Made by a program: the position numbers and the translations under genes | In this document: piece after piece, positions 40,020 through 52,255 of the stretch | Layout of the letters: each line of letters opens with the position of its first letter | Numbering within the stretch: the first letter of the stretch is position 1 | Assembly (NCBI RefSeq): GCF_006345805.1 | Contig: NC_043014.1 | Location: forward strand, 24,490,001 to 24,554,000 | Length of the DNA: 64,000 nucleotides | Origin: Octopus sinensis | Lineage: Eukaryota | Reading direction: 5' to 3' | The notes under the pieces: model-generated | Databases searched by the model: none | What the model was told of the DNA's origin: nothing | Seen by the model: the letters and a program-made list of their open reading frames with translations, nothing else

Positions 40020-42288
40020 TTTCCTACAGCGGCTGTCGGTTTATTCTACCTTAAGCTTTCTCTTAAGTTATATTATTTATTTAGGCTTTCCTCTGAGTAA
40101 GGGAAACTATAATGATTTATCATCACTTATACTAAAGTGTTATTATATCTTTAACCCTAACTGCAGTTGTAACGTCATATAGACATATATGCATGGAACA
40201 CTAACTCAACGACCATGTACGTTGAATATTTTAATCGTGTCCTTTAAACCGCTATAAGAAACATAAAACAAAGATTACAGAAATGCATATTTATCTATAC
40301 TCAGTTGAGAAACAAACGTGAAGAGAAACATTTCCTTTTTAATTATTTTTTATTATATAAATATAACATTTTATATTTATTTACAATAAGAAAGATACTT
40401 TAGTCGTGAAGAAAAACGACTTTAAATTCCTTAGCTAATTTCTTTTTCTAACTAATAAATCAAAATAGATTTGTGATTAACGTAGACATGGCATAAAAAT
40501 TTACCGATGTCTCCAAAAGAGTGAGTGTCGTGTAGTTAAATGACTACCGAACGAACACTAAAGTCTCTCCACAAATCCAGGGTTTTTATAACTGCTCAAC
40601 CTGATCAAAAAGAATCGAAATTCAGGACAAACATTCTTTTCGAAACTTCTAGAATCTTTATACGAGCAGTTACACTAACCAATGGGAAAAGAACGAAAAT
40701 GACAATTCCTCGGCAAAGACATTACGTCATATTGCCAATTCGCGCCACATTTCAAAATGGCTAAAATGGCTATTGCTACATCAGCCTCTCGCCAGAAAAA
40801 CTGTTAAAATTTTGCGAAAGGAAATTCGTAATACATATTTTTTTTATACAACATTTGAATTAATGGTTACAACATATCAATATATACAAATGCATTTATA
40901 ATTTACATGTTAAACATATAAAATTAGCCTTTCCAATATGGCTTACAATTATAATGTTCATTTCATTTCACTGCAAAAATTTTTTTTTTTATATATATGT
41001 AATCCAGGAATATAAACAAAATTTTTGAAAATCCTCAAACGAACTGAGAGAGTTTTTTTGGAAAATGTACCATTCTGCCACTTCTAGTCTTTTTCACATC
41101 TCTAGGTAATTTCAAAATTGACTTTGTTTTTCCATTAACATTGGATTTGTTTCTTTGAATATCATTTTGTTTCAAGTTATGTTGATATGTATTGCTCACA
41201 TCTTCATTTTCATGACATGAATGTTGGTCGAAATAAGCTTTTTTTACTCTGTCGACACTGACAATTTCTTTTTTTCCATTCATTTCGAAAGTCATAGTTT
41301 TGTCTCTAACTGACAAGACTTTAAAAGGTCTGGTGTATTTATATTTCAGTGAATTATGAGCAGCATCGTTACATACAAATACATGTGTCCAAGATTTTAT
41401 ATCAGAAGGAACGAAGCTTTTAACATTTTGCAATTTTCTTGTAAAAGAAGGAATATCTGTAAGAAATCTCTTAAGACGAGTTACATAATCATTAACATCT
41501 CCATTAAAAGAATTAGTTTCTTCGAACATTTGAGCAGGTAGAGTTAATGTTGTTCCGTACAAGTTCAGCCGGAAAATATTGTATATTTTCTTTAACAGCA
41601 CTTCTAATTCCTAACATCACGACTGGTAAGGCTTCTAGCAAACTGTTAGAATCAGAATAAGTTCTTAATGAAGATTTCAACTGCCTATGGAACCTTTCTA
41701 TCATTCCGTTAGATTGTGGGTGATATGAAGTTGTACGAATTCTATTAATCCCCAACAATTTATTGAATTCTCCGAACAAGCTAGACTCAAATTGTCTACC
41801 ACGATTTGTTGTCACTGTATTTGGGATGCCAAATCTAGACATCCAATTGGTAAATAAGGTTTTTGCTATAGTTACTGCAGATACGTCTTTTTTCGGATAA
41901 GCCTCGGGCCATCTCGAAAAGCGATCGATACACGTCAACAAATATATATTATCCTCACATGGAGTTAAAGGTCCAACTATATCGATGTGGATATGTTGGA
42001 ATCTCGCATCTGGATTTGCAAATGTACCTAATGGTGCTTTGATATGACGCTGTACTTTTGATTTTTGACATTGCATACATGACTTAACCCAAGAACGAAT
42101 ATCTTTATTCATACCAGGCCAAACAAAACGACTTGATATCAACTTTAATGAAACTTCTAGAATCTTTATATGAGCAGTTATACTAACCAATGGGAAAAGA
42201 ACGAAAATGACAATTCCTCGGCAAAGACATTACGTCATATTGCCAATTCGCGCCACATTTCAAAATGGCTAAAATGGCTATTGCTACA
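40020..42288 (-). mobile_element. Ty3/Gypsy element B: internally deleted sister of element A with a different LTR
   Basis: TSD GTAT (40016-40019, 42289-42292); 3' LTR 40020-40780; the first ~140 bp of the 5' LTR (42147-42288) are fused to integrase; ORFs 41513-42190 and 41035-41601 closely match element A integrase. Confidence 0.9.
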
Positions 42289-42466
42289 GTATATATATGT
42301 TAGCCGACTATTAATAAGATTATTAATAGAATGTGTTAATAGTACACCTAAGAACTTTGAGAAATTTTGTGATTTCAGTGATGTCTTTGATAAATATAAT
42401 CTTATTAATAGTCGGCTAACATATATTTACCAACATGTTATTAGACTAAAAAGTGTTTTTCACACT

Positions 42467-45400
42467 TGTAAGTGCACCAGAGGAACTTTGTGTTGCTGAA
42501 CCTGTAGTGGTTGCCGGACCTGAAGTGGTTGCTGAAGTGGCTGTTGAACTCGAAGAGCGTGCTGAGTCTGAGGTTGCTGAACCCAAAGAGCCTGCTGAAT
42601 CTGAGGTAGTTGCTGTTGCCGTTCCGTGTCTTAATGCTTCAACATCTGGACCCTTGTCTCCCAGGATTCAAGATAGCGGTGTAGTGTCCATTGGGAAGAA
42701 GCCATAGGCATCGATGGCCTGTCAGCCAGGAAGCCTTTTGGTTAAGGCGCAAAGAGGACCAAGCCTGGTAACGAGGCGAAAGCGCTGCGGACGATGGTAG
42801 TACCACCAAGATCAGGAAGACTGCTCCAGTGTCGTGTGAGCGTTGTGTTTGATGGCTACTTGGAGCTGGTGGAGTCTGACAGGCAGTGCACGGTGTAAGC
42901 TCGAGTGAGGGTCGGACGGACCCTGGTAGAGGCGGGAGCAGATAAAGCGCTGGTTGGGTTGGCCAATTTCTCGGAAGTGGCACAAGCGATTTGTAGAGGG
43001 CAAATCAAGGGACTGTGCCAGGCAGTGGACCAGCGGCAGGATCAGTTGCGTCACTACAGGAGAGCAGTTGAAGGAGGTGGTAGTCTGCCTGTGCAGTTGC
43101 AGGAGCGGTTCTCACGGAGTCCCCGGTGCTTGGTTGGCACTCGGGTGTTGCGGATGAAGCAGCTGGTCGCGAGGTGTGCAGGACATCTGGACGTTGGTCG
43201 CACGGACCTGGTGGAGCGCTATATCGACCCGGGCGGCCATCGCTCGAGGAAGCAGCGAGCTCGGAGGATGGTTCCAGTTCGGCGGCGGGAAATGAAAGGA
43301 TATCGACGACAAGGAGTAGTGAAAAGGCCGAGCAGTCCCTGGTCGTCAGCAATTGTTGTGCAGAATGGAGACGGTACAGCGAGATGCTATGTGGGCTATA
43401 GAGCGTTGAGGAAAGCGACAGTGAAGGATTGGCCGGTTCCTACTGGTGTAAAAGAATCGAGAAGTCTGTTAGGACTGTGCACCTATTATAGGTGCTTTGT
43501 GAAAGACTTTGCTGCAGTGGTTGCACTGTTGCACAAGCTACGGAGGAAGGGCGACAAGGAATATGTGGTGGCGTCTTTCAATAAAAAGCTTAGTCCACTC
43601 GAGCGGAACTGCTGTGCTGCCCGTGAGGAGCTTTTGGCAGTGATGAGGAGCGTCGACTTTTTCCGTCCGTACCTGTAGGGTTCGCACTTTACCATCAGAA
43701 CGAACCGTGCAGCACTCGAGTGGCTGAGGACACCACAGAACCCAGTGGGACAATTAGCATGCTGGCTAGGGAAACTGGACCAACGTAACTATGAGGTACA
43801 ACACCGTCCGGGGCGGGTACATGGTGATGCAGACAGTTTGAGTCGTCGTCCTTGTGAGCCGGACTGCAAGTATTGTGCAAGGACAGAAGTGCAAAGTACA
43901 AAGAACAAACGTACTACAGTGTCAACTGTAGAAGCACAGAGGGGACAGGTGAAAGATGCCGATTTATGGCCAGTGGTAGAGTGGCTGCAGCAGGAAGCAG
44001 CGAGACCATCTTGGGAGGAGGTATCCAGGTTCAGCCCTGAAACTAAGAGCTATTGGGGCCAGTGGGACCTTCTTCGTCTGAATGACGGGTTGCTTGAGAG
44101 GCCTCAATAAGTATTGGCAGTTGGTGATACCAAAGAAGATGAGACCTGAGTTGCTGGAGGAAGCTCACAACCAAATTACGAGTGGACATCTCGTCAAGAA
44201 AACGCTGAATCGGCTGCGGCACAGATTCTATTGGACGGGCATGCGTCTGGACGTCCAGGAATGGTGTCGATTTTATGATGTATGCTGCGCCAAGAAGGGA
44301 CCAAGGAAGCGGAGGTGTGCCCCTCTGCAGTTATACCAAGTGGGTGTGCCCATGGAAAGGATAGCTGTGGATATTGCTGGACCGTTGCCACTCACGGAAA
44401 GAGGCAATAGATATATATGAGTGGCCATGGACTACTTCACAAAGTGGTCTGAGGCATATACCATCCGTGATCAGGAGGCCACATCTGTTGCGCAAGTGTT
44501 GGTAGATCAGTTCTTCTGTCGGTTTGGTGTGCCCCAGGAGTTGCATTCCGATCAAGGTAGGAACTTTGAATCAGCTGTGTTCCAGGAGTGTTGTAAGCTG
44601 TTGGGGATTAAGAAGACCAGAACGACCCCAATGAGACCACAGTCGGACGGGATGGTGGAGAGGTTTAACTGGACACTGGGGCAAGAACTAGCCAAATATT
44701 GTGTAGAAGGACAGTTGGAATGCGATTTGAAGCTACCTGCGCTATTGCTCGCTTATCGTTGATGTTGGGCCATGAAGTAAGGCTCCCAGTTGATCTGTTG
44801 ATAGGAAGACCTCCGGGTGAAGATCTACCCAGGGAAACTTCCAGCTATGTGAAACATCTGCAGGAGAGGCTGACTGAGGTACGCCAGCAAGTTAGAGGCT
44901 CTGAAATTTTCGGGTGAGGTGATGAAGTGTCAGCATAACACCAGGGCTAGTGAGATCGATTTCAAGGAGGGTGATGAGGTGTGGTTTCATAATCCCCGGC
45001 GGAAGAGAGGGCAGTCTCCGAAGCTGCAGAATCCTTGGGAGGGACCTTACACAGTGATGAATCGCCTGTCCGATGTGACGTACCGGATTCGAGGAGGCAG
45101 GAGGTCTTCTCCGAAAATTGTGCATGCGAACCGTCTGTGGAAGTACCATGGGTCTGGCCAGTTCAGCTGGAGCACGCCTTCAGAGGTTGGGCTCACCTGT
45201 TGAGAAGGTTGTCTGGATACGACTGTAGTGTGCTTTTGTCGGGACGACGAAAAGCCTAGGGAGGGGGTAGTGTTACGGGCGCCAAAGAAAATGTAAACAA
45301 ACAAAAAAAACATTATGCCCCTTGTTCCATTAGTTGGAATCAAGCCGGCGCTCCAGTTGTTCAGGACATTGGTATTTCCTTTGTCCTGTCAAGGAGCACG

Positions 45401-46545
45401 ATTATTAATGGCCGTATGCACTGATCTATGGCCCCACACGGTCACGGAAAGTTTTTAAAAAATGTTGGGAAGGGATCTACACACTGCTGTCCTACAATGT
45501 CTCTCTTCTTCTTGCTGCCGGCCGTTATAAATACGGGTAGCATTAAGTTAAAGAGTCAGTGAGAGAGAGACAGGCGGTCAGTGTGAGAGATGACAGGACG
45601 AGAGGCAGCCAAGAAGTTGACAGTCACAGACGGTTCACATGCACAATTTTCGGAGAAGACCTCCTGCCTCCTCGATCACTGTGTAAGGTCCCTCCCAAGG
45701 ATTCTGCAGCTTCGGAGACTGCCCTCTCTTCCGCCGGGGGTTATGAAACCACACCTCATCACCCTCCTTGAAATCGATACATGAAGAAGCTATGCTACTA
45801 TAGTGGGAGTTTGTGAAGTTAAATTGTTGCGGACGCGAATTTAAGAAACAAATGTTCTGGTAAATGTTGTTTTTCTGTATGTTTTGAATTCTAATGTTTA
45901 AATGAAAAAAAAGAAAAACGTTGTGTTTGCTTAAATGTAAAAAAAAAAGAAGAGAAGAGACGATGTGTTGTTGAAATGAAAAGAAGAGACTCTGGTGTAA
46001 ACTGTTGAAAAGAAAAGAAAAAAAACTTGGAAATGTTTTTTTAAAAAAGCAGAAGGAATCTTTCAGAACGAGCTCTCTGTGTTAGAAGAAGAGATAGAAA
46101 AGAAAAGAAAAGAAAAGAGGAAAGTGGAACTTTTGAGAACTGTTGTGTTAAAAAGGGGAAGGTACTCCGCATTGTGTTTAAATGTAAATGATTTGCTTGA
46201 GGAGAATCGACTCCGCAATGTGTTTAAATGTTAATGATTTGCTTTGTTTTCAAACTCTGTATTATGTTTAAATGCAAATGATTTGTTTTCCGAACTCTGT
46301 ATTATGTTGTTAACCTTTGTTGTAAATGCTTTGGTTTTGTTAAAAAACAAAATTGCTGAATTACGCAACTTCCGCTGTGTCTCTTCCTTTCTTTGTTGTT
46401 GTCTTGGTCCTGGCTGCGTTCGCTGCCTTCCCCCTCTTCCCGTGGTGGATTTCCGGTTTATTGAGTGCCGTCGCAAGCGGGCTGTTCCTGGAGTGAGGGC
46501 CCGTGGTGGAATCAGAATGCCTTGGGCCTGAGTGGCGGCGTAACA
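42467..46545 (+). mobile_element. GC-rich Ty3/Gypsy element C, 5'-truncated, RT and RH cores deleted, with 3' LTR
   Basis: SSPWSSAIVV..WPVP..LLGLCTYYRCFVKDFA; RH tail REELLAV..; IN (AHNQITSGHL, IAVDIAGP, HSDQGRNFES, DGMVERFN); PPT AGGGAGGGGGTAG (45258-45270); LTR 45271-46545 (TGTTACG..CGTAACA). Confidence 0.9.
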
Positions 46546-47804
46546 ATATATATATATATGATTGAACGCCATGCATCTTTTCCAAGTTTTATCTCAATAA
46601 TTACGATGCGCACTCTTCTATCTTTACTATCTCTTCTCTATTTATCTCTCTCCTTCTCTTGTTCTTCATCCTTTCTGGTTTTCTCTCCCACCCTTCCCTA
46701 TTCTTCTCCTCTCCTCTTCTCTGTTCCTTCTCTCTCACTCCTCGACTCTCTTGTCACTGACGCGTGACAAAAGAGAATCTATCTTTCTGTCCACTACCAT
46801 CGTAAAGACTAAACGTGCTTATACTGTCTCCTTCATAAGCTCATCTTCCTAGCGTTCATAATAATTTATCTATCGTCTTGGCTTAACAGCCCTCACCATT
46901 TGTTTTTACTGCTTTGTTCTCACTGTCCTGTTCTTGTTACCACTTTCACCCTCTGCAAACAATCCCAAATTTGATTTAATTTGTTTTCTGGGAAGGATTG
47001 TTTCAATGATGTCACGTCTTGTCCTTGGCTTTGCACCGCAGAGTGGATGAAACAGGGACAACTGAAGAAGGGGAATATTCTTTATGTTGTATGTCTCGTT
47101 TCTCTGTTTATTTTTTGCGTTATTCGAAAAAATGTTCGTTTCTATATTTTCGTCCATGCCAACACTACACATGTGAGGATCCACCAGAGGTCTAATTCTG
47201 CTGGTACCCTGGGTACTGGGCCTTACCACTTTTCTTTCCACATAAACAGGGAAGAGAATGAAGTCCTCATTGTGGCAGGCGACTAGTGAGTGTTGTAATG
47301 CAAGGACTCTGATCTTACATATGGCCTTATCCCTGCCAAACTACTTTGCCTAGATATATGGTTGGTGTCCTGCCATACATTGTGAGGATCCTTTTCTATA
47401 TGGGCATTCATACTCATCTCAAGTTGAAAAGTTTTTACAATAATACATCTAGATATCAGTTTTTGCAACAGTTGTAGCTAGAGCTTCCGAAGGGGAGAGG
47501 GTGATTGGCTGTTCTCGCTTCAATTTTCCTAACTCTAGTGGCATCCACTAATTTTTAATGCTTATCACCCAAGGAGAGAGTATAAAGTTCTTTTATGGCA
47601 ACCACTCCAGTAAAAGAAACCTTGTTGCTGTTGCTACTATTGCTCCCACCACAGCTGCTGTCACTTCCACTGCCCTCATCATTGTTCTTTCGGCCAATTT
47701 TGACATTACTGCTGCTGCCACTGTTGCTACTATTTTTACTTATTTCTTTACTGCCCACAAGGGGCTACACACAGAGGAGACAAACAAGGACAGACAAACG
47801 GATT

Positions 47805-47970
47805 AAGTTGATTATATCCACCCCAGTGTGTAACTGGTACTTATTCAATCAACCCCGAAATGATGAAAGGCAAAGTTGACCTTGGCGGAATTTGAACTCA
47901 GAACGTAGCAGCAGATGAAATACCGCTAAGGATTTCGCCCGGTGTGCTAACGTTTCTGCCAGCTCGCCAC
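47805..47970 (-). mobile_element. SINE family 2 (Meta-domain-like), near full length
   Basis: Minus strand GGTGGCGAGCTGGCAGAAACGTTAGCAC..GAGTTCAAATTCCGCC..GCCTTTCATCATTTCGGGG.. with tRNA-like boxes. Confidence 0.7.
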
Positions 47971-48299
47971 CTTTGCTACTATTTTTACTGCTGCTCCCAC
48001 TGCCGCTGTTGCTATCACCATTGCCTTTGTTATTATTGATGCTGCTGTGTTTACTTTTACTAATATTGCCGCTTTTACAGTTACTTTCATTTGCTACTAT
48101 ATCAGTTGAACTTTGAAATGAAATTGATGAAATTTTTTCCTCCTCTTCCATGAGCAGAATGTTGTCACTAGCATTGCTCCTGTTTATATTGCTTTTGTTA
48201 ATGTTGTTGTTGTAGCTGCTGTTGCTGTTGAGTGGTCCAGTCTGAGCGGTCTGAACCGTGGTCCTTTGCTATTCGTAAAACTCGCAGAAGAGAAAGCAG

Positions 48300-48570
48300 G
48301 TCAACCCCCGACACCGAGAGCATTGACAGATGGATAAATGTGCATCCAGGCTCAGCAGCTGCGTAGGAAGTCGGGGACAAGAAACAGGAAGAAAGAGTGA
48401 GAGAGAGTTGGGGTGAAAGAGTACAACAGGGGTCGCCACCACCCTCTGCCGGAGCCTCGTGGAGCTTTAGGGGTTTTCGCTCAATAAACACATACAACAC
48501 CTGGTCTGGGAATTGAAACCACGATCCTTCGACCGCGAGTTCACTGTCCTAACCATTGGGCCATTGCACC
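48300..48570 (-). mobile_element. Third SINE-like repeat with tRNA-like head
   Basis: Minus strand GGAGGTGCAATGGCCCAATGGTTAGGACAG..CGAAGGATCGTGGTTTCAATTCCCAGACC resembles A/B boxes. Confidence 0.5.
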
Positions 48571-50288
48571 TCCACTGTTGTAGCTGCTGCTCTCAGTGGC
48601 GCTGTTGTTGTTGCTGGTGACACTGTTATTAGTGTTGTTAAAAATGTTGTCACAATTCTTGAGAGTTTGCTCTCTCATGAAGCTGGTAGTAGTATGTATT
48701 CCTACTACTTCCTCATTCAAGCTGTTTGTGGGCATTAACAATGACACAATTCCAATGAGAGGAAAGAAAGATAAAAACAGATATTATGAAAAGTGTGCCC
48801 TTTACAGCACAATTTGACACTCCCTGTCTTCACTCAGAGAAGCAGAAATTCTTATTTAAGAATTTGACAAAAAAATTTTAACAATAAACAAATTATTCCA
48901 ACAAAATTTAGCAAAACCTTTGGGAGTTGGCTCCCAACACAAGCAATAATAATAAACCTTGATCATCAACTCTTAAAAGCACTAGCACTCTCAATGCTAG
49001 CTCTGTTGATGTTTCAGTTGACACAGTTTTTAACGTTATTGTTTTGCTCCAAATGGGTGGGGCTTCATATAACTGAATACCATCTCTATCATTATAGACA
49101 AGAACTTTTGGGTGATTACTCAACATGCAAGTAAAGGCAGCTACATTTCCATTAAATCATACTTTACAGTCTTAAAAAGGTGCACTGTTTAGGAGAAAAT
49201 AAGATGGTCATAGCTATTCAATCAGTGCATGAGTAACAACAATGAATACCGGACAGGTTGTTTTAGTTGCTTGTTCTTGTGACTCTTTCCCAAACCTGTT
49301 ACAATTTGAATCTTCCTGAACAAAACATGGACATGCCCTTAAAAAATAAATAAGAGCTCTGTGCAGTTTCCATGTAGCTCACATAGTTTCTATGTAGTCA
49401 ACCAGCCCAAGGAGTAACTTTCACTACATACACAGATACACACAATACAGAAGTGAAATAGCAAACATTTGAAAAATATTTATTTATTCATTTCTCAAAT
49501 TTAAAAACAATTCATAAATTTAAGTTATCCCCAGAAAGAATCTTTATTTTAAAAATATCATATGAAAAAAATTCCATTTTGAATTCTTTATATTCATAAC
49601 AAATAAAATGAAAATTTTTAAACCCAAATGTAGTAAAATGGTACCCTCCACTCCTGGCAGAAAAAAAATTGAAGAAGGTGAAGGTGGCAGTGGTGATGTG
49701 TGAAGGAGAGGAAAGAGGTATAATCATAAATTCTGAACTATTAGTTTTTGGAAATATGCAGTGGACATTTAAATGAAAATTCTTGCATAGGCTCAACATA
49801 AGTGCATGTGTTATATACATACACATCTCTCTCCGTACACACACAAACATATAACTTATAAAAATGTTTAGTAGAAGATCTAATTCAAGCCAGCAGTTGG
49901 GATGGTGTATGCAAGCACCATGAATAAGAATATATGTATTTAAAGAAGTGTTTAAAAAATGAAAATTATAAATTAATTTCTTTATTCCATTTCTTCCATA
50001 CTCTACCCCCACCTTCCACTGCAAGAATACTGATATGAAATAAATAAAACACACACAAGAAAGAATAACATACCACAGCAGATATTTCATTTTTAACACC
50101 ATATTCAAAAGTAAAGACCAACAGCCTGAAGAAAAAACAAAAAGTTATCTGCTGAAGACTATCTTATTTGGTGGAAATTATTCAATGAATTAAAGGTGTG
50201 ACAAGCACTCTTGCACACCCAGCTCCTACTTGTGAACAGTACTTAGCCCTAGGTTTTAGTGGAAATGAAATGAAATATATGTATATAT

Positions 50289-50337
<49 letters not shown>

Positions 50338-50453
50338 ATATATTTCATTTCATTTCCACAAGAAGGAGCTGAATAATTGAATAATTTCCACCAAATAAGA
50401 TAGTCTTCAGCAGATAACTTTTTTGCTTTTTCTTCAGGCTGTTGATATATATA

Positions 50454-50836
50454 GGTGCAGGAGTGGCTGTGTGGTAAGTAGCTAGCTTACAAACTACATA
50501 GTTCCAGGTTCAGTTCCACCATGTGGCACCTTGGACAAGTGTCTTCTACTATAGCCTCGGGCAGACCAAAGCTTTGTGAGTGGATTTGGTAGACAGAAAC
50601 TGAAAGAAGCCCGTCGTGAAATATATATGTATGTATGTGTGTGTGTCAGTGTGTCTCCCCACCATCACTTGATGATCGATGTTGGTGTGTTTATGTCCCC
50701 GTAACTTAGCAGTTCGGCAAAAGAGACTGATAGAATAAGTACTAGGCTTACAAAGAATAAGTCATAGGGTCGGTTTGTTCAACTGAAGGTGCTGCTCCAG
50801 CATGACCACAGTCAAATGACTGAAAAGAATAAAAGA

Positions 50837-50838
<2 letters not shown>
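50454..50838 (+). mobile_element. Full-length SINE family 1
   Basis: GGTGCAGGAGTGGCTGTGTGGTAAGTAGC.. head through to the ..GACTGAAAAGAATAAAAGAAT tail. Confidence 0.85.
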
Positions 50839-50867
<29 letters not shown>

Positions 50868-50871
50868 CATA

Positions 50872-52255
50872 CAGGGCCAGCCTTAAACAAATTGGACAGA
50901 TTGCTCCCAATCAGGCCCCGTGCTCAAGGAGGCCACATCCTCTACTACGAAATTTTGAAATTTTAGGAAGGTGGTCTCCCTGAAGTTTAACAAAAATCTA
51001 CATAGAAATGCTCCTTTAAAAAAAGCATACTTTAGCGACACAAGATACCAAAAGATAAACCCATTCATCCGAAATTGTTTGGATCAGCCTTGCTTGTATT
51101 TTTAGTGTAAGGGTCAATTGTATGTATGCACGTATGTATGTGAATGTTTGGGAGTGTTTATGGGTACGTTTGTGCAAAATATTTGTATGTGAGAGAGTAT
51201 GTATGTATGTAGTTGTTTAAGTGTATGGAAAATTGTATATATATATATATATGTGTGTGTGTGTATATGTTTGCATGAATTGCTATAAATATACTTTGTA
51301 TATGTTTAATTTTGGGGAAACATTTTTATTTCAATGAAATGTATTTTGTGTGTGAGTGTGTTTCTGTGTATGTATTAAAAAGCAAAAAATAAAGCAAGAA
51401 TGATAAAAGAGACATGATTAAACAAAGTTTAATTTTCATAGTGGTTTGGTTTGGTTGAGATCTTTATATTGTGTGAATGTATGCATATGTATGTTTATGC
51501 TAGTATGTGTATGATTGTATGTATATGTATTTTTTAGTGTGTGTTGAATTGTATACATACACATATGCATGCATGTGTGTGTGTGCATGTGTGTATACAG
51601 TGAAAGAGAGATGGGAGAGGTGAGATAAAATTTCTCGTCTTGTTCAAAAGACAAAAATCTCTTTGCAATGACACCCATTCAGGTTTTTGGACATGCACAA
51701 ATGCACAACCACACACACACGGAGAGGGAGGCTATAGTAGGAGACATTTGCTGCCACAGTGGTACTGCTATTAACAGTAATTAATAAGTTAAGAAACAGG
51801 CTTCTTGTCACACAGACAGGACCTTGTTTTCTACAACAGAGGTTATAGAAAAAATATAAGGTAAGTATATAACCAGCTTCCAAAATATTCTAATTATTAA
51901 TTTGCTTTTTATGTATATCTCTTTTAGCATAACATCATGCAACAGATAAAAGTTTCTTTAGGCTCTTGTTAAATTTCTTTCCAATTTTTGCCAGAATATT
52001 TTTAAAAAGCATAGTTTAGATGTAGTTTCGCTGATGGTGAAAGTTTTTGGTAAATTTACAGTTTAATACCCAACTCGATTTTGGTGAGAAATAATGTTTT
52101 TCCTTGTTTTTTTTTTCTTGTGCTATCAACTAATCTAATTTAATATGCTGCAAATAATTTTTTCAACAGAAATCGGAGGGAGTGGGGAAGGGTGGGCCCT
52201 TGGAAATTCACCCCTCATCTCAGTCAATTGGGCCCTGCACCTAAGGCTAGCCCTA
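50872..52255. mobile_element. Non-autonomous hAT-like element in a (TA)n tract
   Basis: TIRs CAGGGCCAGCCTTA and TAAGGCTAGCCCT(A); 8-bp flanks TATACATA and TATATATA. Confidence 0.6.

Noticed and set aside
46906-47290. 100-110-aa ORFs on both strands; EVLIVAGD resembles a LINE endonuclease motif
   Set aside because: A single short motif followed by a stop; neither a gene nor an element can be supported.
48908-49126. 72-aa unique-looking ORF
   Set aside because: No recognisable motif or credible splice sites, and the length is within chance expectation.
50454-50530. tRNA-like sequences at SINE heads (also ~39230-39294, ~47900-47970)
   Set aside because: Followed by SINE bodies and lacking complete cloverleaf stems; not tRNA genes.
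51795-51866. Strong donor AAG|GTAAGT with possible micro-exon
   Set aside because: Lies inside the hAT-like element 50872-52255; no coherent reading frame or neighbouring exons.
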